Assembly: GCF_020745735.1 (NCBI RefSeq) | Contig: NC_083428.1 | Span: 24,428,001-24,492,000 of the forward strand | DNA from: Hemiscyllium ocellatum | Taxonomy: Eukaryota | Length of the DNA: 64,000 bases | Direction of reading: 5' to 3' | Part shown: positions 13,561 through 24,867 of the stretch, piece after piece | How the letters are laid out: every line of letters begins with the position of its first letter | Position numbering within the stretch: the first letter of the stretch is position 1 | The notes under the pieces: generated by a model | The model's input: only the letters and a program-made list of their open reading frames with translations | Databases searched by the model: none | What the model was told of the DNA's origin: nothing | Made by a program: the position numbers and the translations under genes

Positions 13561-14569
13561 TACTTGACAGTATCATTTCATGTCCACTTTTAGCTCTAAT
13601 CCCCTTTTTATGTTCCATCTTGCTACTCCTATACTCCTCTAGGGCTTGTGCCATTTGAGCCCTTGGTACCTGTCCCAGCCCTACCTTTTTCTCTTAACCC
13701 AATGCTATATATCCCTCAATATCTAGTGTCTAGCTTTCACCACCTGCATTTTGCCTATTGCATGAAGACTGACACAGTATTAACTTTCATTCATCAGTTC
13801 TTAACAAGTGCTGTATTACAAGCTGTTTTGGGAGTTTTTTTTCAGACTACCAACATCCGCAGTTTAATTTTTCATCTTTAAAATAAGGCCTCATCTGCAT
13901 ATTAAAAAAGCAACACTACTAATGGCAGCACATTCCCTTACCAATGATGATATCTTAATGCCACATAACTAAGTTCACGATCAGTAGTCCCAATACTGGC
14001 GATGGGGAAAAGCACAACCTGATTGTTGCATGTGCGTATAATAGTGGCACTGTAAGATTAGTTACTTTAATGTGGATGTGAAAAATGGTTGGGTCATCTT
14101 AAACACATGAATGAATCTAAGTTACCTCTGACATGTTTTAAAGAATTTAAAACATGAGAGACAGAGAGCACACAGAAGCATTGGCCAAGACACCAAAGCA
14201 AAACACACTCTCATGTTTGCAGTGAAGCTACATTATTCTTCATCAAGGACAACCCCAAATCCAGCAAGAAGTGCCTTGCACAACAGCTTGAAGAAAAAAA
14301 GGACTGAGATCAGCAGGATCGAGAAGAAACAAAGCCTCGAGCACTGACCATGAAGGAATGTGGCCATCGGGCACCTTCATGGAAAGTCAGCAACCGGCGT
14401 ATTCCCCTCCACGCCCACAGTAATCCTCACTCCCCCTCCACCATACCTGCAATGGAAGGTGAGAGAGGGCAACCTCCACAAAACGGCACGATGAAAACTC
14501 GCAGTCACGTAACCATCCGTGTCACTGATTCCCGGTTGAAACATCCACCTCTCGGATCCCCCTCCTCAC

Positions 14570-14640
14570 CCAGCAGCTCCGACCGTGCACCCCTCTGCAG
14601 CCCGGACAATATGGCGACCGCACTTCCGGCGCCGGGCGAC
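14570..14640 (-). other. FZR1: Probable non-coding first exon of FZR1 (TSS approximate)
   Basis: Minus-strand donor CTGG|GTGAGG at 14570/14569 at the edge of the CpG island; YY1-like CGCCATATT and ETS CCGGAAGT nearby. Confidence 0.6.
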
Positions 14641-14931
14641 CGTTACCATTGTGACGTCACGCGAATTCAAACCTCCACAGGAAGTGCGCTGTTGCCACGG
14701 CGACGCGGCGAGTCTCCATGGTTACGCGATCACAATAAACGATATTGGCAAAATAATATATAATAGGCTTTCCGGCGCGCGGATCCCGCGGCCCGTATTG
14801 GTATGTCCAGCTGTAATGAAGGGAGTGTGGTTCCGATCCGGAATGCCGAGGTGGGAGTGGGCTTTTCGGGGCTAGCGGGAGGGGGTGGGGGCCATTCGGA
14901 CGTGAACACTTCCCAGGTCAGTCAGTGAAAC

Positions 14932-15093
14932 ATGGCGGAGGAGACGGTGGTGCCCATGATGTTTTTATTCCTCTTTCTGTTAATGAAACGCCGCGCTGAG
15001 TTTGAGGGTGCCAGCATCGAGAGGAGGAACGACGCCCAGCGGAGGCTGAGGTTGAGGCAGTATTTCCAACAGCGGCAGAGGAAAATGATTTTG
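14932..15093 (+). CDS. Harbinger-transposase-derived (HARBI1/ALP1-like) gene, coding exon 1
   Basis: Good Kozak AAACATGG; 54 codons MAEETVVPMMFLFLFLLMKRRAEFEGASIERRNDAQRRLRLRQYFQQRQRKMIL; phase-0 donor TTG|GTACGG in frame with exon 2. Confidence 0.75.
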
Positions 15094-16094
15094 GTACGGG
15101 GGAAGGTTTGAGGGGAGGGAGGGAGGTGGTGGGATTGAAAACAGAACGAAATGTGCGCTGCGACACAAAGGGCAACAGGGGAAAAAGAAGTTGGACTGGC
15201 GACCGCGCGTTTAATCCCAACGTTTAGAGCTCTTGTCTAGAGGACTCGAAAAAAATAAACAGAAGAGGAGCTATTTAAAGCGGCGATGTTTGTCCACACT
15301 CACTCGTCCACAACTTGAATCCCGACAGGAGTTTGTAATCTCACTCAGACCTGCAATATCCGAACAAATGGTGTAAAGTGAATTTGGCGGGCAGATGAAT
15401 TTTGCATTTTTGGATTCCGTTACTTAAGAGAGGAGAATCTCAACTGAAATTATTGATGAGATTAAAATACCGTAAGGTATGAAACACATTTAGCCCTACT
15501 TTTGACATATTCCGCAATACCCGATAAAATTGAGATTTAATCGTTGATTCCAGATCAGGAGGTTTTTTTTGTTAAGACGGCGGGCTGTTTGGAGAACGTT
15601 AAGAGTACCTCATCAGAAAGATATCATGGTAGCTTTTGAATAGGAATTCGATAATCATTCGAAATACAAACAAAATATGTGGGGTAAACAGAGGAGTGGG
15701 ATTAGGGCTTCTTGAGCTGTAAAATTGCAACATTCTTTCTCAAATGTCTTGTTTGCGTTTATTCAGAAACTGCATGGACGGTGGCGAAAGAGTGGTTATA
15801 TAAACCAACTAGCTATTCTCAATTACGATAGGATTTATTGCATGCTGACTGTAATGCTTGTTTAGTTGGGATGCTCTAAACTTCGGTTACTTTTGTTCCG
15901 TAAACTTGTTAAAACGTAGATAATTTAGTGTTGCAGTTGGCTTTGATCTGATAACTAATTCTGACATGTGAATGCACTAATTTCCCTTCATCAGTGCAGA
16001 CGTTCAGATCTAAAACCTAATGTGAATTTTAGCATTTGTGGAAAGGAACTGAAAAGGAGTCTATTTTTCCAAACAGAAAAACGTGATTTGAAAC

Positions 16095-16915
16095 TTGTCA
16101 AGTCATGAAGATGTACAGCACAGAAACAGACCCTTGGGTCCAACTCTTCCCTGCCAAGCAGCTATCCTAAATTACTCTAGTTCCATTTGCTAGCGCTTGG
16201 TCACATTCCTCCAAACCCTTTCTATTCATATACATATCCAGCTGCCTTTTAAATGTTGTGATTTTCCCAGTATCCACAACTTCCTCATACCTTTCATGCA
16301 CCAGCTTCTACGTGAAAAAGTTGTCTCGGGTCCCTTTTAGATCTTTCCCCTCTCATCTAAACCTATGCCCTCTAGTTTGTGGGTGGCACGATGGCACAGT
16401 GGTAAGCACTGTTGCCTCACAGCGCCTGAGACCTGGGTTCAATTCCCGACTCAGGCGACTGACTGTGTGGAGTTTGCACGTTCTCCCCATGTCTGCGTGG
16501 ATTTCTTCCGGGTGCTCCGGTTTCCTCCTACAGTCCAAAGATGTGCGGGTCAGGTGAATTGGCCATGCTAAATTGCCCGTAGTGTTAGGTAAGGGGTAAA
16601 TGTAGGGGTATGGGTGGGTGGCGGGTCGGTGTGGACTTGTTGGGCGGAAGGGCCTGTTTCCACACTGTAAGTAATCTAATCTAATCTAGTTCTGGGCTTT
16701 CACACCTTGGGGAAAAGACCTCGTATATTTAGCTTGACCCATGCCCCTCATGATTTTATAAACCTTTATAAGGTCACCCCTGATTCCTGATGAAGGGCTC
16801 TGGCCCGAAACGTCGAATTTCCTGTTCCGTGGATGCTGCCTGACCTGCTGTGCTTTAACCAGCAACACATTTTCAGCTCTGATCTCCAGCATCTGCAGAC
16901 CTCACTTTTTACACC
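16095..16915. mobile_element. CR1 3' fragment (minus) with nested HE1-type SINE (16382-16687, plus) and Penelope terminal repeat (16782-16912)
   Basis: RGDLIKVYKIMRG remnant; SINE with (CTAAT)n tail; terminal repeat as at 310-521. Confidence 0.8.
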
Positions 16916-17791
16916 CCTTAGCCTAATTAGACAACTAATTGTCAAAATTCTTTTTTGGATTGGAAAGTAATTGTGAATTTTGAAATAGTTAAACCCTAAT
17001 ATTTGGACCCTAAGCAAAATTCCAAAGGCCTATTTCGTATGCCAAGCTAATGTATTTTTCTTTTAATCGTATTTGTGTTTTGATTGAGACACTTGAGATG
17101 GCGCCTGTGCCCGTATGAAATGACCATCCATACCTGATTGTAAATGTCTGAATGGAAGTTAATTAAATAGAATTCAGGTTAATTCTGTCTAAATTTGTTT
17201 TTCTAAATTTGAGAAAAAACAAATTTACATTCTATTGCAAGCTTAAGACCTTACTGAAAAGTATATACTTTGTGAGATACTGTTATGCTTCCTAAAGTGG
17301 TAAAATCTTATTATGTTCCAGTAGCCCCTTTCTTTCATTCCAACACACTTTGCTGTAGTCAATACTTCTTTAAAAAAAACCCTACAAAATGTGGGTTCAT
17401 CCATTCTGTGAATACACACACTCCTTGCTATGTTGTTTTATTATTTGTTCTGGTGCATACAAGTTGCTTTAAATTAGCTTCGCTTGTTTCCCCTAGGTAT
17501 AATAATTTAAAACCTCATTTCTAGTGACTTAAATAGGAAGTTAGTAAGATATTCATCCAAAAGAAATTTTTGGCAACAGTTGTGTTATCATAGCTGAAGT
17601 GTGTGTTTCTTTGTAAATGTCTGTCATGTTCATACATATTACAATACCATCATATATCAGGAAGCAGGTGCTGGCTATAACAACCTATGTACTTTATACT
17701 ATAACTTTTAAATAAAGATAGCTCAAGTTCAGCAGTTTCACTGGATAACTAAGCAGTGCAATTGTAATAATACTTTCTTTGATATTTGCAG

Positions 17792-18907
17792 ATGGTGATG
17801 GCACGCGGAGGTTGTAGGTGTAACTGTCGTACAAGAATCTGGTGTAAGCCAAGAACTTCAGACTGGTGGGAACGTGTGGTTATGAAGGACTTTCAGCCAA
17901 ATGATTGGCTGGAAAATTTCAGAATGTCTAAGGAAACATTTTTTCATATTTGTAATAAGCTGAAACCCATGGTTTCTCGTCGAAACACTCACCTTCGTCC
18001 TGCACTCCCCTTGGAAAAGAGAGTTGCAGTAGCATTTTGGCGACTTGCTACTAATGTAGAATATAGAATTATTAGTCATTTGTTTGGGATAGGTCGATCA
18101 ACTGTCTGTAAATGCGTAAGAGAGGTTTGTCATGCCATTGTGTCTCTCTTAAAGCCTCTGTATCTCAAAATGCCCTCTAATCAAGAATATGAAACAATAG
18201 CTCAGATGTTTGGTCGAAAATGGGACTTTCCCCAATGTGTAGGTGCCATTGATAGTTGCCATATACCTATCATTGCCCCTCCACAGTATCACAAAGATTA
18301 CCTAAACAAACAAGGGTGGCATTCAGTTGTGTTACAAGGTGTAGTTGATGACAGTGGGAAATTTTGGGATGTATGTACTGGATTTTCTGGGAGTTCTCTT
18401 GATACAAAAAATCTGAGGAATTCTGCTCTATGGAGACTGGCTACTGAAGGAAGGCTGTTCCCTGACTGCTCAAGAGATATTCTGAGAACACCAGTGAAAT
18501 ACCTGCTGATAGGCAGTTCTTCATATCCACTACAGGAGTGGCTCCTGAAGCCATATTCTGAAACAGCAAAACTAACACAGCATCAACTTGTGTTTAACTA
18601 CAGGTTAAGCCAAGCTCACACTGTGATAGACGATGCATTTGGACGACTCAGAGCTCGTTGGCAATGTCTTCTCAAGAGGAATGACTGTAGCCTTGAACTT
18701 ATTCCAACAATGATCACTGCCTGTTGCATTCTTCATAATATCTGTGAAAAGCATAATGATAGTTTTAATAATGACTGGAGGGGTGTTCTTAGGCAGGAGG
18801 AATTTCCTCAGCCAAAGCAAGTAATGTCAGATAATACAGTCGATAGGCAAGCCGAAGAAATTCGTCAGGTATTGTCTACATACTTTATGAGTCAAGGGGA
18901 GAGCTAA
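17792..18907 (+). CDS. Harbinger-transposase-derived (HARBI1/ALP1-like, DDE_Tnp_4-type) gene, coding exon 2; total 425 aa
   Basis: Acceptor TTTGCAG|ATG; motifs NFRMSKETF, LATNVEYRIISHLFGIGRSTV (HTH), FPQCVGAIDSCHIPI, YPLQEWLLKPY, FNYRLSQA, AFGRLRARWQCL, CCILHNICE; AATAAA at 19024-19029. Confidence 0.93.
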   Translation: MVMARGGCRCNCRTRIWCKPRTSDWWERVVMKDFQPNDWLENFRMSKETFFHICNKLKPMVSRRNTHLRPALPLEKRVAVAFWRLATNVEYRIISHLFGIGRSTVCKCVREVCHAIVSLLKPLYLKMPSNQEYETIAQMFGRKWDFPQCVGAIDSCHIPIIAPPQYHKDYLNKQGWHSVVLQGVVDDSGKFWDVCTGFSGSSLDTKNLRNSALWRLATEGRLFPDCSRDILRTPVKYLLIGSSSYPLQEWLLKPYSETAKLTQHQLVFNYRLSQAHTVIDDAFGRLRARWQCLLKRNDCSLELIPTMITACCILHNICEKHNDSFNNDWRGVLRQEEFPQPKQVMSDNTVDRQAEEIRQVLSTYFMSQGES

Positions 18908-20181
18908 CTGTTAGCTTGAGTTTGTCACAATAGCATTTATGTAAATAATGTAAGATATATTTTCAATATGATTTTCATCATTGGTTAGGAATGCCTTGGT
19001 ATTGTATACTGATATGCTGTAGCAATAAACCTGTAATGCTATTTCCTTTTTTATTGTAATCATGGTAAAATCTATTGTGATTTTTATAGTACTACTGTCA
19101 GCCTTCAGTAAGTTGGTTAAATGTAGAGCTGCTGAAGTCTGAATAGCTGTTGAGGTCTTGAAGAATATATTTTGTTTGTGTACTCGGTTCAAGGATTTTC
19201 AGTCAAGCTCAGTTTAGCAACTATTTTCTCATACTTGAAACCAGTTTGTACAATTATTTGCAAAAGCCTTTAAACAGAAACTTAAAAATCAAAAGATAAT
19301 GATGAACCTTTGTCCGGATAAAGTGAAAAATCAAAAATGCATAAGTAAATACCAAAGAAAAATATACTTAGCACAAAGGTTAGTTTAATACCTCAGATTA
19401 AAATCTTTAAAAGCCATCATTAAATTACAGCAAAAGACCATATTAGAAAGACAAGACAGAAAAATTTGCAGAAAAGAATGAAAGACAAAAGTTTTCAGGA
19501 AGTAGATTGTTGAGAGTAATCATCAAATTTCCAACTGTAACAAATATTTTTAATTTAAAAAGTGTTTGCCAAGTTTGTGTATACTCATCTAATTACATGT
19601 GGATGATTTACCCTGACAGCATGTACTGAATTTAACAAGTAAGAGGTTAGTTTTATTGTGCAAAAATGCACCCAGGTAAAAATGTAAAAATATGTCCTGA
19701 ATCTCACAACTTGCAAGAAAATGTATACACGTCAACCAAACATACAAAATAGAAAATACAGAACAAATGAGATTAAATTGGCTAAGTTAAAGATCAATAA
19801 GAATAAAATCATAAGAATTCACTGGTTCTGAATGGCTATCTGCTCTGGCTGTAGCTGTTCAATGACTTTGTTTCATGGCCAGCAGTTTCAGGTTGTACAT
19901 GATGTCTTTTCTTTCTGAAAGTGCTGCTGTGGAAGGTGAAGTCTTTTGAAAGTTCTCTGCCTGCTTGCAGGAAGACAAATGCAATCACACTTTGCAGATG
20001 GGGTTCAAAGCTTAAATGGAAGGTTGGGGAGAGAGAGATGGCATCTGTTCACTCTAGCAGATGATGTGATGTCTGTCCAACTCCCAAATTCAGCAACCAC
20101 AAAAAAGTTGCAATGTCACCTCTATCCACATTTTATTTTTAGACATTCTGTATACAGCCAAGATAATGTTTTTTGTAATTA

Positions 20182-20515
20182 GGGTGGCATGGTGACTCGG
20201 TGGTTAGCACTGCTGCCTCATAGCACCAAGGACCTGGGTTTGATTCCAGCCTCTGGTGACTGTGTGGAGTTTGCACATTCTCCCTATGTTTACTGAGTGC
20301 TCTGGTTTCCTCCCATAATCCAAAGGTGTGCATGTTAGGTGAATTAGCTGTGCTAAATTGCCCATAGCGTTGGGGATATGTAGGTAAGGTGCATTTGTCA
20401 GGGGTAAATGTAAAGTAATAGGATAGGTGGAATAGGTCTGAGTGGGTTACTCTTTGGGGGTTCGGTGTGGACTTGTTGGGCTAAATGGCCTGTTTCCACA
20501 CTTTAGGGATTCTAT
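20182..20515 (+). mobile_element. HE1-type SINE, followed by a short palindromic Penelope terminal fragment (~20550-20670)
   Basis: SINE head and tail motifs; CAGCTGCAAATGTGTTGCTGGTCAAAGCACA inverted pair. Confidence 0.8.
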
Positions 20516-21075
20516 GAAAAGAATTTCAGATGCTTGCCCATGCTTTATTAATAGCAGCTGCAAATGTGTTGCTGGTCAAAGCACATGCTGCGTGGCCTGC
20601 TGTGCTTTGACCAGCAACACATTTGCAGCTGTGATCTCCAGCATCTGCAGACCTCATTTTTTACTCACTTATTAATAGCAGGCCAACAAAGGCTCAGGTC
20701 TTCTGATTAATGTGATGATGTCAGTGTACATTGCCATATCAATTATGGGATCTCACAAAAGTGTGGGAGTACCATCTACTTGGGAATTTTGCAGGAAGCT
20801 TCAACTTCAAAATAAATAAATAATCTTTGAGAAATGTGAAGGACTCCAGCCCAAATTTTGACACTGCCCTTTTTCACTTACCGTGTCCTGGAGTTCCATG
20901 TTTCTGACTTGAATGTCTAGTTCTTGAGAAACATGGTGCATACCATGGGAGTTTTCTGTGCCAGCACAGGATCATCTTTGGAAGACAAACCATGCCCCCT
21001 TTTTACTGCAGTTACTGCCATACTTGAATGTGTAAAGGTCTAAAGCCTATTTAAGAAAGTATGGAGAGAAGGTAA

Positions 21076-22017
21076 AAAAATGTGGTGCTGGAAAAACACA
21101 GCAGGCCAGGCAGCATCTGAGGTGCAGGAGAATCGACGTTTCGGGCATAAGTCCTTCTTCAGGAATGAGGCTGTTGTGCCAACCGGGCTGAGATAAAAGG
21201 TGGGGGGGGGGGGGGGAGTGAATTTGGGGAAGGGACATTGGGAATACGATAGGTGGAAGGAGGTGAGGGTGATAGGTGGGTGTGGAGAGGTCGGAAAGAA
21301 GATTGCAGGTTAAGAGGGCAATGCTGAATTGGGTTGGGACTGAGTTAAGGTGGGGGGAGGGGAAATGAAGGTGGAGAAATCTGCATTCATCCCATCTGGT
21401 TGGAGGATTCCTAGGTGGAAGATGAGGGGCTCTTCCTCCAGGCGTCGTATGGCCAGGGTCTGGCGATGGAGGAGGCCAAGGGGGAATTAAAATGTCCAGC
21501 TACGGGGTGGTTGGGTTGGTAAGTCCAATTGCCCCGTGGCTGAACACTTTAACACCCCCTCCCACTCTGCCAAGGACATGCAGGTCCTTGGCCTCCTCCA
21601 TCGCCAGATCCTGGCCACACGACGCTTGGAGGAAGAGCGCCTCATCTTCTGTTTAAGAACCCTCCAACCATATGGGATGAATGCAGATTTCTCCAGTTTC
21701 CTCATTTCCCCCCCACCTTATCTCAGTCCCAGTCCCTGGATTCAGCACTGCCCTCTTGACTTGCAATCATCTTCCCGACCTCTCCGCCCCTACCCTATCA
21801 CCCTCACCTTAACTTTCTTACACCTATCGTATTCCCAGAGCCCCTCCCCCCTACCTTTTATCTCAGTCTGCTTGGCGCACCAGCCTCATTCCTGAAGAAG
21901 GGCTTATGCACGAAACGTCGATTCTCCTGCTCCTCGGATGCTGCCTGGCCTGCTGTGTTTTTCCAGCACCACATTTTTCAACTCTGGTCTCCAACATCTG
22001 CAGTCCTCACTTTCTCC
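21076..22017 (+). mobile_element. Penelope-like element 3' end with inverted duplication and 15-bp TSD
   Basis: VAEHFNTPSHSAKDMQVLGL...RRLEEERLIFCLRTLQPYGMN (GIY-YIG C-terminus); ends are mutual reverse complements; ATGGAGAGAAGGTAA at 21061-21075 and 22018-22032. Confidence 0.88.
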
Positions 22018-22033
22018 ATGGAGAGAAGGTAAG

Positions 22034-22556
22034 TACTGTATATACTCGAGTAAAGGTTGATCTCATGTAAAAGTTGATCCCCTTTTTTGGCCAAAAAAAT
22101 CTGGAATTTTCCATATATCTTGTGTAAAAGTTGACCCTAGTTCTTCACAGATAACAGATCAACATTGGTAAAACAAGGTATTATCCTATATATAAATGTT
22201 ACGAAGAGGAGATGAAATGTTTTCTCCTGCTATTATGTATTTTGATGCATGATTCACACCAGATTCACGTGTGAATGTTTAAGATGCATCAGGTCAGAGT
22301 CGGGTGACAACCTTCCTTTGCGTGCAGCTCAGCTGAACTCAGTTCCTCTGTAGCATTCATGAAATACAATCATATTACTGAAATTCGTTTTTTTATTTAT
22401 TCATTTAGAAATCAGTTGGTTTAATTATACGGTATTTTGGACTGGAGCATGAATTTCAGCCCCTCAAAAGCAGTATCCATGTAATAGTCAACTACATAGA
22501 TTTTAAACTTAAAAATTATTCTAAAAAGTTAAACTATTACACGAGTATATGTGGTA
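22034..22556. mobile_element. Non-autonomous Tc1/mariner-type (MITE-like) element with degenerate TIRs
   Basis: TACTGTATATACTCGAGTAA at 22034-22053 versus TTACACGAGTATATGTGGTA at 22537-22556 (16/20 complementary), TA ends. Confidence 0.6.
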
Positions 22557-22679
22557 TGTAAAAGGTTAGGATTAGTTAACTGTTTTAGGGGTTTGGCTGG
22601 AGTAAGTGGAGTAGATTTATTTCAAGTGGAGAATTTATTTTAAATGAGAATGTAACTACAGGATACTAATCTAGTTGTG

Positions 22680-22992
22680 GGTGGCACAGTGGTTAGCACT
22701 GCTGCCTCACAGCGCCAGAGACCCGGGTTCAATTCCCGCCTCAGGTGACTGACTGTGTGGAGTTTGCACATTCTCCCTGTGTCTGTGTGGGTTTTCTCCG
22801 GGTGCTCCGGTTTCCTCCCACAGTCTAAAAAAATGTGCAGATCAGGTGAATTGGCCATGCTAAATTGCCCGTAGTGTTAGGGGCAGGGGTAAATGTAGGG
22901 GAATAGGTCTGGATGGGTTGCGCTTCGGCAGGTCGGTGTGGACTTGTTTGGCCGAAGGGCCTGTTTCCACACTAAGTAATCTAATCTAATCT
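22680..22992 (+). mobile_element. HE1-type SINE
   Basis: Near-consensus copy with (CTAAT)n tail. Confidence 0.88.
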
Positions 22993-24729
22993 TAATCCAG
23001 GTTGTGATATGGTCACCTCATGTTGGAACTCTCTCCTGTCAGGAGTAGCAGCAGTTGCCGGGGAGCCAAGGTTTAAGAATTTGCCTCTGCACTGATATGG
23101 TTTTCAGGTCCTGGTGGTGGAGAGGGCTCACTCAGGCAACCAGGGTAATCAGGTTCTGATGTGCAGGATGGTGGAAGAGGCTGGAGGATTCCACAACAAC
23201 AATACATATATATTTTGATATTTATTTTAACATTTAGATTTCTGGTTTTTGAGTAAAGAATGGGTTTTTCAGTGTGTTCAAAATTTATGATTAACTTGTA
23301 AGTATAGTATTTCATCTAGCCATTGTGATTTCTTTGAAAAATAGCTTTTGAGGCCTAACTTCAGAATGACTGGGTCTGTGTCTAGAACTAATGGACTTTT
23401 ATTCATTTTAGATTGCTTTGCAACCTAGCAAGCTATATAATTGAACCTCAAAGTTTGTTGGAGATTCCTGAAACTTTTTTTTAAACTTAAGAGGACCACC
23501 CATTGTTTAGAGAGTGAAGTTTATAAAATACTTGGGAAGGTGGAGCAATGTCATTGAACAAACAGCTTCTACATATATTGTTATATTTATCATTAAAAAA
23601 AGTGGCTACATTTCAGAAATATTTATTGGCTGTGGAGCATGTAGGGATGTCACAAAGATGAGGAAGACGGTATTTAAGTATTGCATGTGTCAAATTTCAA
23701 TTTTTAAACTATGATGGTTTTCCTTTTTAATTTTTCAAAGCATGTGAGCGTCATTCACAAAGCTAGCATTTGTTGTACATCCCTAATTGCCCTCCAGAAG
23801 GTGACGGTGAGCTGTCGTCTGAACAGTTGCTGCCCTACTCATGTAGGTACATTGTTGTGCTGTATGGGAGTCCCAGGACGTTGAACCAATGATAGTGAAG
23901 GAACAGTGTTATAGTTCCAAGTCATGATATTTACCTGCCTACCTCCCTTGTTCTTCTAGATGACTGGTAGACATATTTTGCAATGTCCAGTCTACTGATG
24001 ACTGTACACCATCTGCCAGATCAAAGCTCATCATGCAATGTAGTATAGTCCTCTAACCTATGTGACAACTACTACTTTAATCAATATGAAGTAAGCCTAA
24101 TCTAGGGATCGTCCAAACTTTCGCCGGACTGAGTATCAGTTTGGAATGAAGAATAAGTGAGCAATAGTGTCCTGCCTTTTTCCACTATGCATGGAAGATT
24201 TGGACTGTATGTTAACATCACGCAAATAACTTAACCAATTTTACTTGAGTTGCTTTGGAGGCTTATGTAGCTAAGATGGGACAAAACACCAGTCATTGAG
24301 GGATATTCATGTGCCAGAGTGGAATCTCGTTCTACCCAGCCTTTAGGCTGCATTTTATAAATGAACACACTTGCACAAAGTATTTTAACGAGCTTTTGTA
24401 TGTACTGAATTTAAGATAATTTTCCCAGGTGTCGGAGAACGTGCTTCAACGCCACACAAGGCACAGTAGTGATATAGCGCTGGTGTCCCTGCTGTTAGGC
24501 TAATACTGTTCACTGGAACAAGACCCACTGTCTCCAGAAGTGTGTAACAATGTATCTGAACAGGTTGATCAGAAAACGGAGGAAGAAGTTACACCACGTC
24601 AGCTCGATGGAGTCGTCAGAACTCGAAACATTAGCTTGCTCTCTCTCCGTGGATGCTACCTGACCCGCTGTGATTTGTAGCATATTTTCTCTGTATCTTC
24701 AATTCCACCCACCAGTCCCGTACAATGGA

Positions 24730-24867
24730 TTCACCCGGGATCCCCCCGCCCACTCTACCCCCATGGATTGGCCCAATGGGCCCCAGAGGATGATGGGTGA
24801 TTTGGAGTCACGTGGTGGCTGGTGTCGGTCATCCGGGTGTGAAAGGAGTCGCGGCGCCCGGTTCACA
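24730..24867 (+). promoter_or_regulatory. DOHH: DOHH CpG-island promoter / 5' leader
   Basis: GC box 24744-24751, opposed CCAAT boxes ATTGG 24767-24771 and CCAAT 24773-24777, E-box CACGTG 24809-24814; CpG-rich to ~25190. Confidence 0.6.

Larger units (their letters stand above)
14380..15300. promoter_or_regulatory. CpG island / bidirectional promoter (FZR1 leftward, Harbinger-derived gene rightward)
   Basis: High CpG density in AT-rich context; ACTTCCGG 14622-14629, TGACGTCA 14652-14659, CAGGAAGTG 14678-14686, three X-box-like palindromes. Confidence 0.8.

Noticed and set aside
14350-15220. Overlapping ORFs of 62-137 aa across the CpG island
   Set aside because: Expected from stop-poor GC-rich DNA; no recognisable domain. 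Only the 14932-15093 frame is supported by splice phase
17792-18907. Assigning the gene symbol HARBI1
   Set aside because: Same superfamily, but catalytic motifs and gene neighbourhood differ from canonical HARBI1 as I recall it; orthology cannot be shown by eye
24670-24867. N-terminal extension of DOHH implied by the 166-aa ORF
   Set aside because: It starts at a non-ATG codon inside a Penelope terminal repeat and runs through promoter sequence; DOHH homology begins at ATG 24868
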